A stretch of 64,000 nucleotides of DNA. Source: an uncultured Chloroflexia bacterium. Its GTDB lineage: Bacteria; Chloroflexota; Limnocylindria; Limnocylindrales; CSP1-4. Under the pieces are notes generated by a model. The model saw nothing but the letters and a program-made list of their open reading frames with translations. It did not search any database and was not told the origin of the DNA. This document shows positions 9,720 through 17,462 of this stretch, piece by piece. Each line of letters begins with the position of its first letter. Within the stretch, counting starts at the first letter, position 1. The position numbers and the translations under genes were made by a program. The DNA lies in contig CAVTHS010000009.1 of NCBI GenBank assembly GCA_963734535.1, positions 1-64,000 on the forward strand, read 5' to 3'.

Positions 9720-10007
9720 TGGCGCTCCTCGAGCCTGAAGGGCTACGAGCGCCAGGCGTTCGTCGACGCCTGGGACCACTACCTGCCCAACCCTCCGTCC
9801 CCTCTGGACGCGAAACACCGAAACAGCGACCACGACCGGAGTTTCGATGTCTCGGATCGCACTCCCTCTGATGGCGAGGGCAGCGTGATCCTCGCGAACC
9901 TGCCCATCGAAGTTGACTACCCGCGTTCAGCCTGGGACCCCGAGGCCGACGAGGAGGACCCTGTGGCCGCCCCGGTGGCAGCGCCGGATGGCGGAGGGAT
10001 GCTGTGA
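9720..10007 (+). pseudogene. C-terminal remnant resembling a DUF3631 (primase/replication-associated) protein
   Basis: KGYERQAFVDAWDHYLP resembles the DUF3631 C-terminal KGY...F.DAW.RY motif (recalled, not searched); stop overlaps the next GTG. Confidence 0.55.
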
Positions 10008-10201
10008 GTGGCACCCACGCCCAGGCGCTGCCCAGCGATGCCGTCGAGCGATACCTGTCCAGGATCGAAGCCCACGTCAGGCTCCGAGAAGGTCACGATC
10101 CGATGGGCCACCTCTTCGGGATCGAGCGGCTCGCCCGTGCCGCCCGCGCGGAATGGCGGGAGGCGCAGCGACGCCTCGAGCAGGAGCGACTCCGGCCGTG
10201 A
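10004..10201 (+). CDS. Small hypothetical element protein
   Basis: 65-aa ORF with GTGA overlaps at both ends; GGAGG upstream. Confidence 0.6.
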   Translation: MSGTHAQALPSDAVERYLSRIEAHVRLREGHDPMGHLFGIERLARAARAEWREAQRRLEQERLRP

Positions 10202-10406
10202 GTGCCAGACGGCTCGGCTCTGCCACGGCCGCGACCGTGTCTCGAGGGACGGCCGAGTCCGATGTCTTCGTCCATGGCCTCGCCCGCTACGTCGAGGCGC
10301 TCCATCGGCGGTACCCAGACGGCCCGCGCAGATGCGCCGCGAGGACCTTGACGGCAGAGCAAACATCACCGGGATGCACCCTCCCAAGAAGGACAGCGCG
10401 GCGTGA
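10198..10406 (+). CDS. Small hypothetical protein upstream of the recombinase (probably frameshifted)
   Basis: GTG at 10198 overlaps the previous stop; FVHGLARYVEALHRRYPDG; another frame ends KKDSAA* overlapping the recombinase GTG. Confidence 0.45.
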
Positions 10407-11923
10407 AGCGCCTGCCGCGCTCGCTCGACGAGATCCGCGGCCTCCGCGTCGCGCGCTGGATCCGCGAGTCGACGGCCGGTCAGTACGACCGCTACGGTCC
10501 AGCCAGCCAGCGCGAGCAGCAGGATCGCTTCATCGAGCGCCACGGCCTCGTCGACACCGGGCTCGTCTTCCAGGTCGCCCACAGCGGCACGACCGTCTGG
10601 CGCTCGCCGACGATGACCGAGATGCTCGCCGAGGCCAAGGCGGGCGCCTTCGACCTGCTCCTCGCCGGGTACTCCGACCGCTGGCAGCGCAACCTCCGCC
10701 GGACCCTCGAGCTGCTCGAGGATCGACCTCCACCCGGCCGGCGTGGCCCTCGTCATGTGCGACCGGCGGATCCTCTCCTCCGATCCGCACGACTGGGACG
10801 AGCTCGTGGCCGAGGCGGCCGGCGCCGAGCGGTACAGCCGTCGTCTGCGTGAGCGGATCACCGACGGCTACGCCGCGAAGTTCGACAAGCAGGACGATCC
10901 GGGTGGCCATGCGGGCCTCGGCTTCCGCCGTCTCCCGAACGACCGTCACACGCTCGAGATCGACCCGGCGACGATCGACATCGCTGTCGGCCTCTTCGAG
11001 CGGTACGCCTTGGGGACGGTCAGCGTCGATGCAGCTCGCGGCCGAGACCGGGCTCGCGCGACTCGCGGATCCGGATGCATCCTCATGAACCCGCTCTACA
11101 ACGGCTGGATCCGCCGGCATCGCGGCCCGGACGAGACCCGTCGTCCCGCCCCGTGGCGCGCGAACCCGCCGGTCTCGGACGATCTCTGGGCTCGGGTCGA
11201 GGACGTGCGGCGGGCGAAGACTCGCGGGTGGGGGACCGCGCCACCGCGGCCGCGTGGACCTGCTCGCAGGCCTCCTCGAATGCGTCTGCGGTCGACGCAT
11301 CCGAAGCGACGGGACAGTTCGCCGATCGGATCGCCATCGCAAGCTCCACCCGGAGCCGTGCGCCGCCTGGGGCTCGAAGGGCGCGCCTGCCGCGATACAC
11401 GTGGGAGGCGCCCGTCCTCGCCCAGGTCGGCGGGACTCGGCTCGACAACGCGGTGCTCGCTCAGGTCATCGCGGCGCTCGGCTGCGCCGGCGAGCGCCCG
11501 TGGCGATCGACCGCGCCCGGATCGAACGCCAGATGCGCGATCTCGCCCTCGAGCACGCCGCGCGGCAGCCTCGGCGACGAGACGTACCTCGCGCGGCTAG
11601 GCGAGCTCCGCGCCAGCGAACCGGGACCGAGGACCGACAGCCGGCGCCGGTGACCTGCCGGCGCGACGCGCGTCGACGTGGCTCGCGCCCTCGCCGAGAC
11701 CTGGACAGCAGCCGACGTAGTCCGGAGGAGAAGGCAGACCTGATCCACGCGATCTACGAGCGGATCGTCGTCGCGGGGCCGCGATTCGTGGGCGCTGCGG
11801 CTCACCCCGGCGGCGTACGCGCACGGACTCGCGCTGGCGCTGCCCGAGAAGGTTGTTATGGCGCGCCCGACAGGATTCGAACCTGCGACCTTCGGCTCCG
11901 GAGGCCGACGCTCTATCCGCTGA
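10403..11923 (+). CDS. Large serine recombinase/integrase (resolvase, recombinase, Zn-ribbon, coiled coil); several frameshifts; integrated-form tail read antisense through tRNA-Arg
   Basis: RWIRESTAGQ (catalytic Ser), SG...R, DRWQR, ILMNPLYNG, LLAGLLECVCG...C; ends MARPTGFEPATFGSGGRRSIR* with TGA at 11921-11923. Confidence 0.9.
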
Positions 11924-11934
11924 GCTACAGGCGC
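11859..11934 (-). tRNA. tRNA-Arg: tRNA-Arg(CCG)
   Basis: GCGCCTG TA GCTC AGCGGATA GAGC G TCGGC CT CCG GA GCCGA AGGTC GCAGG TTCGAAT CCTGT CGGGCGC G CCA; 76-nt cloverleaf with encoded CCA; TACAAT -10-like box at 11969-11974. Confidence 0.97.
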
Positions 11935-12000
11935 GCGGGCGGGCGCCGGTGCGGCGCCGCGAGCCGGGATTGTACTCCCTCCGAGCGGCCCGAGCCCCGG

Positions 12001-12035
12001 AAACGTCGAAGCGGCTCCCGAAGGAGCCGCTTCGA
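12001..12035 (-). terminator. Strong hairpin, probable terminator of the ncRNA
   Basis: 13-bp perfect stem TCGAAGCGGCTCC/GGAGCCGCTTCGA with a UUCG loop on the minus strand, followed by a short CGTTT. Confidence 0.7.
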
Positions 12036-12037
12036 AT

Positions 12038-12205
12038 GCTGTCCCGGTGAAGGGTCGATCGGTTACCCGATCGTCTTCTGCCACGTTACAAGGGCATCTA
12101 TCACGCCGGCTGCACCGACTACCCTGACCCTACCTACCCATGACCCTGTAACTAGGGCAGCAGCGTCGCTTGCGCGACGGCCTCAACTGTACCTTCTCGG
12201 GACGC
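12038..12205 (-). ncRNA. Structured ncRNA, 6S-like rod or novel
   Basis: Closing stem 12192-12205 pairs with 12038-12053; inner stem 12140-12160 pairs with 12078-12097; side hairpins with GCAA (12164-12179) and GUAA (12056-12073) tetraloops; intergenic. Confidence 0.7.
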
Positions 12206-12336
12206 TCACGCCAAGGGTTTTTGTGCGTCGGCGCATTAATATCTCGCAACATTCGACCACGAACGTCGTCGAACGTTGCGATCAGCGGCTCCGGCGCCGG
12301 GAGGCGGACCCTGGCGCCCCGCGACGGCGGCCGCGG

Positions 12337-12840
12337 TCAGGCCTCCTCGATCGTCACCCTGGTCATGGCCACGGGCGATTCGGGGAAGTCGTCGCGGTTC
12401 CGAGGCGCCGCGGCGATCGCGTCGACCACGTCCATCCCGCTCAGCACCAGGCCGAAACGGGTGTACTTCTTGGGCAGCTTGCCGCGCAGGTCCTGGTGGC
12501 AGATGAAGAACTGCGATCCGTTCGTGTTCGGGCCGGCGTTCGCCATCGCGAGCGCACCGCGGTCGTAGTCGCCCGAGAACGGCTCGTCCTCGAACTTGTA
12601 GCCCGGCCCGCCCTGGCCAACGCGGCCGGCATTCCGGACCTTGCCCTTCTCGTCCAGGCGGCCGAACTCGCCGTCGCCACCCTGGACCACGAAGCCCGGG
12701 ATCACGCGGTGGAAGATGACCCCGTCGTAGAAGCCTTGCTTCGCGAGCTTGATGAAGTTGCCGGCCGCCTTGGGGGCGCCGACATCGTCGAGCTCGACGA
12801 CGATCGTGCCGCTGGTGGTCTCGATGGTTGCCTTCGTCAT
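12337..12840 (-). CDS. Cyclophilin-type peptidyl-prolyl isomerase (cytoplasmic)
   Basis: FYDGVIFHRVIPGFVVQGGD, LAMANAGPNTNGSQFFI. Confidence 0.95.
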   Translation of the reverse strand: MTKATIETTSGTIVVELDDVGAPKAAGNFIKLAKQGFYDGVIFHRVIPGFVVQGGDGEFGRLDEKGKVRNAGRVGQGGPGYKFEDEPFSGDYDRGALAMANAGPNTNGSQFFICHQDLRGKLPKKYTRFGLVLSGMDVVDAIAAAPRNRDDFPESPVAMTRVTIEEA

Positions 12841-12897
12841 GGGTGCTCCTCTGGTCGCTCGCGGTTGGTCATGGGTCGAGATTCGACGGCGGCGCCG

Positions 12898-13641
12898 TCA
12901 GGGTCGGGCCACCGTGGCCCTCGTGATCGGCAGCGGGTCGAGCGCAGCGTTGTCGGGCTCGCCGGAGTTGGGCATGGCCGCGATCGTGTCGACGACATCC
13001 ATCCCCGACGTCACCTCGCCCATGATCGCGTAGGTGTTGGCCTGCGCGAGCGCGGGCACGGCCCCCGCGTCGAGAACGATGAAGAACTGCGAGCCCTGGG
13101 AGTGGGGCTGGCTCGTCCGCGCCATCGCGACGGTCCCGCGCTTGTACGGCGTGGTCACCGGGTCGTCCGCGATCGTGTAGCCGGGTCCGCCGTTCCCGAC
13201 CTGCGTCGTGTCCACGTTTGGCGCCCGGCCGAACTGGCCGTCGCCGCCCTGGATCACGAAGCCGGGCACGAGCCGGTGGAAGACCACGCCGTCATAGAAG
13301 CCGCACGCCGCGAGCGCGACGAAGTTGCCTGCTGCGTTGGGAGCCAGCGAGCCGGTGACCTTGATCACGATGTCACCCTTGCCGGTGGTGAGGGTCACCG
13401 TCGCCGTATCGGCCGCGGCCATCGGAGGCGGCGCGCTCGCCGGGCATCCGGTGGCCGCCGCCCCGGTGCTGGCCGCAGCGCTCGCGGCGGGGCTCGGCTC
13501 GAGCTGCGCCGCGGATGGCGATGCGGCGCCGGACGGGACCGCGATCGGTGGCACCGGCGTGGCGCTGCCCGAGCACGCGCCCACCAGCAGGGCGACGACC
13601 CCGGCGATGGCGAGGGGGTTGCGAAGCGATCGAACGGTCAT
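12898..13641 (-). CDS. Cyclophilin-type PPIase, lipoprotein
   Basis: Lipobox LVGAC, Pro/Ala linker, FHRLVPGFVIQGGD, AMARTSQPHSQGSQFFI. Confidence 0.92.
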   Translation of the reverse strand: MTVRSLRNPLAIAGVVALLVGACSGSATPVPPIAVPSGAASPSAAQLEPSPAASAAASTGAAATGCPASAPPPMAAADTATVTLTTGKGDIVIKVTGSLAPNAAGNFVALAACGFYDGVVFHRLVPGFVIQGGDGQFGRAPNVDTTQVGNGGPGYTIADDPVTTPYKRGTVAMARTSQPHSQGSQFFIVLDAGAVPALAQANTYAIMGEVTSGMDVVDTIAAMPNSGEPDNAALDPLPITRATVARP

Positions 13642-14339
13642 GCGGCTGCCTCCATGGCGGCTTGGTACTCGATGCGTCCGGAGAGCAGGACCTCTCCGAG
13701 GAGGATGCCGGCCAGGCCGGCATCTCGAAGCTGGCGAATGCCCGCGAGGTCGGCGACACCCCCGGCGACCACGACCTCGACGTCGAGGTCGTGCACGAGG
13801 CGCTCGACGAGCGCTGGGTCGGGCGCCCCACCACCGTGGGACAGCACGAAGCGCCGCACCCCAACTCCGACCAGCTCGGCGGTCACCTCGTCGAAGGACG
13901 GCCTGCGGAGGCGCCTCCACGGATATTCGGCGAAGCGCTCGGGGCGCGGATCCAGCCCGACTGCCAGCCAGTCCCCGGCGATCTCGACACACGCTCGCAG
14001 CGTCGGCTGGTCGTCGGCGATGCCCATCGCGAGCAGGACCCGGGTCGCGCCTGCGGCGAAGGCAAGCCGGATGTTGTCGGCACCCTCCATGCCGCCCGCG
14101 ACCTGCAGCGGCACGCCCACCCGGGCGGCGACGCGTCCGACCGCCTCCAGGTTGACGGGTCGGCCCTGCTGGGCGCCGTCGAAGTCGACGAGATGGATCG
14201 ACCGGGCGCCCTGCGCGACGAAGCGCTCGGCGATCACCTCGGGCCGGTCGCTCGGGGCGCCGATGCCCGCCGCCGCGCCGGGCCAGTGGACGAGCCGCGA
14301 GCGCCCACCGGCAAGATCGATCGAGGGGATGACGAGCAC
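13638..14339 (-). CDS. HisA/HisF-family TIM-barrel protein, divergent
   Basis: VIPSIDLAGG, IHLVDFDGA, LQVAGG, VVVAGGV motifs. Confidence 0.85.
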   Translation of the reverse strand: MLVIPSIDLAGGRSRLVHWPGAAAGIGAPSDRPEVIAERFVAQGARSIHLVDFDGAQQGRPVNLEAVGRVAARVGVPLQVAGGMEGADNIRLAFAAGATRVLLAMGIADDQPTLRACVEIAGDWLAVGLDPRPERFAEYPWRRLRRPSFDEVTAELVGVGVRRFVLSHGGGAPDPALVERLVHDLDVEVVVAGGVADLAGIRQLRDAGLAGILLGEVLLSGRIEYQAAMEAAA

Positions 14340-14350
14340 GCGCGGCCGGC

Positions 14351-15493
14351 TCAGGCGCTGGCCGTCGCCGCTGCGGCGCCAGTTGGCGCTGCGGCGCCAG
14401 TGCTGCTCCGGGCCGTCTCCGCGAGGGCGTCCCGGACCGCTGCGACCGTTGCGTCGATGTCGTCGGCGGTGATGCCGTAGTGGGTGACGGCCCGGATCGT
14501 CCCGTGCGAGTAGGGGACCATGAGCACCCCGCGCGCCTCGAGCGCCGCCAGCACCGCGGCCCGGTCGCGCACGACCCGGAAGATCACGAAGTTGGTCCGG
14601 GCGCGGTCGGGGTCCAGGCGACCCGGCGCCGGCTGGGCGACCCCGCCCGGCGATTCGATGCCGGCCAGGTCCGCCAGCCCCTCCGCGAGGCGCCGGGCGT
14701 TGGCGTGGTCGTCGGCGAGGCGCGCGATCATGCCGTCGGGTCCGTCGGAGAGCGCGAGGAGGCCCGGCGCCGCGAGCACGCCCACCTGGCGCATGCCGCC
14801 GCCGACGAGCTTGCGCGCACGCCGGGCGCGCCAGATGTAGGCCCGCGAGCCGACGATGATCGAGCCGATCGGGCACGCCAGCCCCTTGCTCAGGCAGAAG
14901 GTGACCGAATTGGCAGGCCCGGCAAGGGCGGCGGGGTCCACGCCCAGTGCCACCACGGCGTTGAAGAAGCGGGCGCCATCGACGTGGAGGGGCACGCCGT
15001 GAGCGTGGGCGACGTCCGCGGCGGCCTGCGTGTACGCCACGCCGAGGGGTTGGCCCATCGAGTGGGCGTGCGTGTTCTCGATCGCCACGAGGCCGCTGAG
15101 CGGCTCGTGGGGGTCCTCCGGGTCGCGGAACGACTCCGCGACGAGGTCGAGGTCGAGCGTGCCGTCGGGGCGGTCCGGCAGCGCGCGGATGCTGGTCCCG
15201 ACGACGACGGCGTGGCCGGCGGCCTCGTCCATGACGAGATGGCTCTCGGCGCTGGCGATCGTCTCCTGGCCGCGGCCGAGGTGCGCCAGCTGCGCCACGA
15301 GGTTGCCCATGCTTCCCGATGCGACGAAGAGGCCAGCCTCCTTGCCGAGCATCGCAGCCGCTCGTTCCTCCAGCGCATTCACCGTCGGGTCGTCGCCGAA
15401 GACGTCGTCGCCGACCTCGGCGTCCGCCATCGCGCGGCGCATGGCGAGCGTGGGGTGCGTGACGGTGTCGGAGCGCAGGTCGATCCGGGGCAT
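14351..15493 (-). CDS. ltaE: Low-specificity L-threonine aldolase
   Basis: IDLRSDTVTHPT, VGDDVFGDDPT, LHVDGARFFNA, FCLSKGL (PLP Lys), GGGMRQ. Confidence 0.93.
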   Translation of the reverse strand: MPRIDLRSDTVTHPTLAMRRAMADAEVGDDVFGDDPTVNALEERAAAMLGKEAGLFVASGSMGNLVAQLAHLGRGQETIASAESHLVMDEAAGHAVVVGTSIRALPDRPDGTLDLDLVAESFRDPEDPHEPLSGLVAIENTHAHSMGQPLGVAYTQAAADVAHAHGVPLHVDGARFFNAVVALGVDPAALAGPANSVTFCLSKGLACPIGSIIVGSRAYIWRARRARKLVGGGMRQVGVLAAPGLLALSDGPDGMIARLADDHANARRLAEGLADLAGIESPGGVAQPAPGRLDPDRARTNFVIFRVVRDRAAVLAALEARGVLMVPYSHGTIRAVTHYGITADDIDATVAAVRDALAETARSSTGAAAPTGAAAATASA

Positions 15494-15635
15494 GGCCCGG
15501 CGAGGATATCGCGGCTTGCGCCGGAGCGTGTCGGGACGTCAGGTCGCGCACTCGCGGTCGCGCCGTGCGCGGTCCGGCCGGTGCGACGCGTGGCAGCGAC
15601 GGCATCGTCCGCCTCTGCTACGATCTGCCGGCCGT

Positions 15636-15712
15636 GGACCCGTGGTGTAGCGGCCCAACATGCCTGCCTGTCACGCAGGAGATCGCCGGTTCGAATCCGG
15701 TCGGGTCCGCCA
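15636..15712 (+). tRNA. tRNA-Asp: tRNA-Asp(GTC)
   Basis: GGACCCG...CCTGC CT GTC AC GCAGG...GCCGG TTCGAAT CCGGT CGGGTCC G CCA cloverleaf. Confidence 0.97.
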
Positions 15713-15782
15713 TCAGCCGCCGTTGCTCGCCCAAACCGACAACATGCCACGTGACCGTCGCGTGCTGCGCCCTTCCGGTTGA

Positions 15783-16436
15783 CTACGGCACGACCGCTTC
15801 TTCGAGCGTCATCGAGATGACGAGATCCCGGCCGGCGGGATCGGCCACCACGGTCACCGTGCCCGTTGAAGATCCCTGCGCATAGCCGAAGTCGGTGACG
15901 CTGATCCCGTCGTCTTCCCTGGAGGTGTTCGCCCTCGAGTTCGGGATCTCGCTCGCGAGGGCAGTCAACAGCTGGCCCAGGAATGACGCCCGCCGGCTCG
16001 GCTGAATCGGGCAGGTGCTCAGCCACACGACGACGAGCGTTCGCCCGGCAGACGAGGCGGTGTGACCCGGCACGGCGCCGGATCGCGTGACGCAGCCGCT
16101 GCCGCCAGGGAGCCCGGCGATCAGTCGCTCCGGACGGAACGCGAACGTGAAGGCAAAGGCGCTCAGCCCACGCCAGGCTGGCGAGGCCGTGGCCGTGGAC
16201 GACGAAGCCGACGACGCGGGTGACGATGGCGACGGCATGGCCGTGGGTTCGGGTATGCCGGCAGCCGGCCCGGCGCCGAAGCTCGAACCCGCCAGGAACG
16301 CGATGACCGCGACCACCAGCGAGAGGGCCAGGACGCGGAGCGGCACCGGGATCGCCCGAGCGGCAGTCACCGGCGCCACCGACACGACCAGCGACTGACC
16401 TTCACGGCCCGCCTTCTCGGGCGGGTTGGCTGGCAT
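15783..16436 (-). CDS. Hypothetical membrane-anchored or secreted protein
   Basis: One N-terminal hydrophobic helix, Ser/Pro linker, small domain with two Cys. Confidence 0.6.
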   Translation of the reverse strand: MPANPPEKAGREGQSLVVSVAPVTAARAIPVPLRVLALSLVVAVIAFLAGSSFGAGPAAGIPEPTAMPSPSSPASSASSSTATASPAWRGLSAFAFTFAFRPERLIAGLPGGSGCVTRSGAVPGHTASSAGRTLVVVWLSTCPIQPSRRASFLGQLLTALASEIPNSRANTSREDDGISVTDFGYAQGSSTGTVTVVADPAGRDLVISMTLEEAVVP

Positions 16437-16454
16437 CGGTTGCTCGGGAGCCGA

Positions 16455-17408
16455 CTATCCGAGCCCGTCGAAGAGGTCCGTCTCCGGGAAGCTGGTCGTC
16501 ACCCGCGCGGCGCGCAGGATGAACGTCTCCTCGCCCATCAGCTCCGCCATCGCGTCGCGGCCCATGGCCAGCAACGGGCTCTGCACCGAGAGCTGCGTCC
16601 GGTGGGCGAGGAGTGCCGCCCATCGCTGGGCCGAGAAGCGGGAACAGTCGACCCGCGTCGTGATCTCCTCGTCCGCGACGGTCGAGCGGCGCATGAACGT
16701 CTCCCACTCCGCCACGGCCGTCGCGTCCGCGGGATCCGGGCGCGACCAGAACGACCGCACTCCGGCCGCCTCCATCCGGGCCGCCATCGCCTCGCGCCGC
16801 TCGCGTCCCATCGCCTGCTCGTAGAGCTTCGCGGGCGCCCAGGGGCGCAGGCCGCCGTCCGCCTCGGCAGGCCCGGTCCCGCCATGCTCCGGGGCCACCT
16901 GCTCGGGGTACCACTCCGGATCGCCTGCCCGGAAGAAGGCGCCGACGGCCACCTTGTGCGCGTTCACGTGGTCCGGGTGCCCGTATCCGCCGAAGCTGTT
17001 GTAGCCGGTGATCACCTCGGGACGGTGGCGGCGGACCATCCAGACCAGCCGGCCGATCGCCTCGTCGCGGTCCGCCCGCCAGAAGCTGCGCGGATCGTGG
17101 TTGCCCGGCTGGCCCATCATCCCGGAGTCGCGGTATCCCAGGTTCTCCCATTCGGTCACGCCGAGGGCGGCCATCGCCGCCTCGAGCTCCGCGGCCCGAA
17201 TCTCGCCGAGGCGCCGGTGGTTCGCGGGCGTGTCCAGCTCCGGGTCCACGATCTCCCCGAGCTCGCCTCGCGTGCAGGTCACCAGGACGACGCGATGGCC
17301 GTCGGCGACGGCGCGCGCCATCACGCCACCCGTCCCGATCGTCTCGTCGTCGGGGTGCGCATGCACGGTCATCAGGGTGAGCGGGGAAGGTGTCGGGGTC
17401 GCAGTCAT
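16455..17408 (-). CDS. PIG-L family deacetylase (MshB/Mca-like)
   Basis: VHAHPDDE, TCTRGELGE, YRDSGMMG, GGYGHPDH, AHRTQ. Confidence 0.92.
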   Translation of the reverse strand: MTATPTPSPLTLMTVHAHPDDETIGTGGVMARAVADGHRVVLVTCTRGELGEIVDPELDTPANHRRLGEIRAAELEAAMAALGVTEWENLGYRDSGMMGQPGNHDPRSFWRADRDEAIGRLVWMVRRHRPEVITGYNSFGGYGHPDHVNAHKVAVGAFFRAGDPEWYPEQVAPEHGGTGPAEADGGLRPWAPAKLYEQAMGRERREAMAARMEAAGVRSFWSRPDPADATAVAEWETFMRRSTVADEEITTRVDCSRFSAQRWAALLAHRTQLSVQSPLLAMGRDAMAELMGEETFILRAARVTTSFPETDLFDGLG

Positions 17409-17462
17409 GGACGGATCGTACCCCGGTGGCTCCTCGAACCGCCACGCCGTACCATCGCCGCC

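Larger units (their letters stand above)
6808..11874 (+). mobile_element. ~5.1 kb integrative element inserted in the tRNA-Arg(CCG) 3' end by a large serine recombinase
   Basis: Bounded by direct repeats of the tRNA 3' end; carries HTH, DinB, lipoprotein, HNH, IS21 remnant, DUF3631-like remnant and recombinase. Confidence 0.85.

Noticed and set aside
14370-14401. GCTGCGGCGCCAGT direct repeat at the end of ltaE
   Set aside because: Two copies encoding a low-complexity TGAAA tail; not an array.
11254-14472. 1072-aa plus-strand ORF and other very long ORFs (37280..40783, 39652..41961, 19716..21797)
   Set aside because: Antisense or off-frame shadows of real genes in high-GC DNA; only short parts (recombinase Zn ribbon, AttH segment, 41635-41961) are coding.
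15636-16436. tRNA-Asp as a second integration site
   Set aside because: No integrase nearby and no duplicated 3' end noticed.
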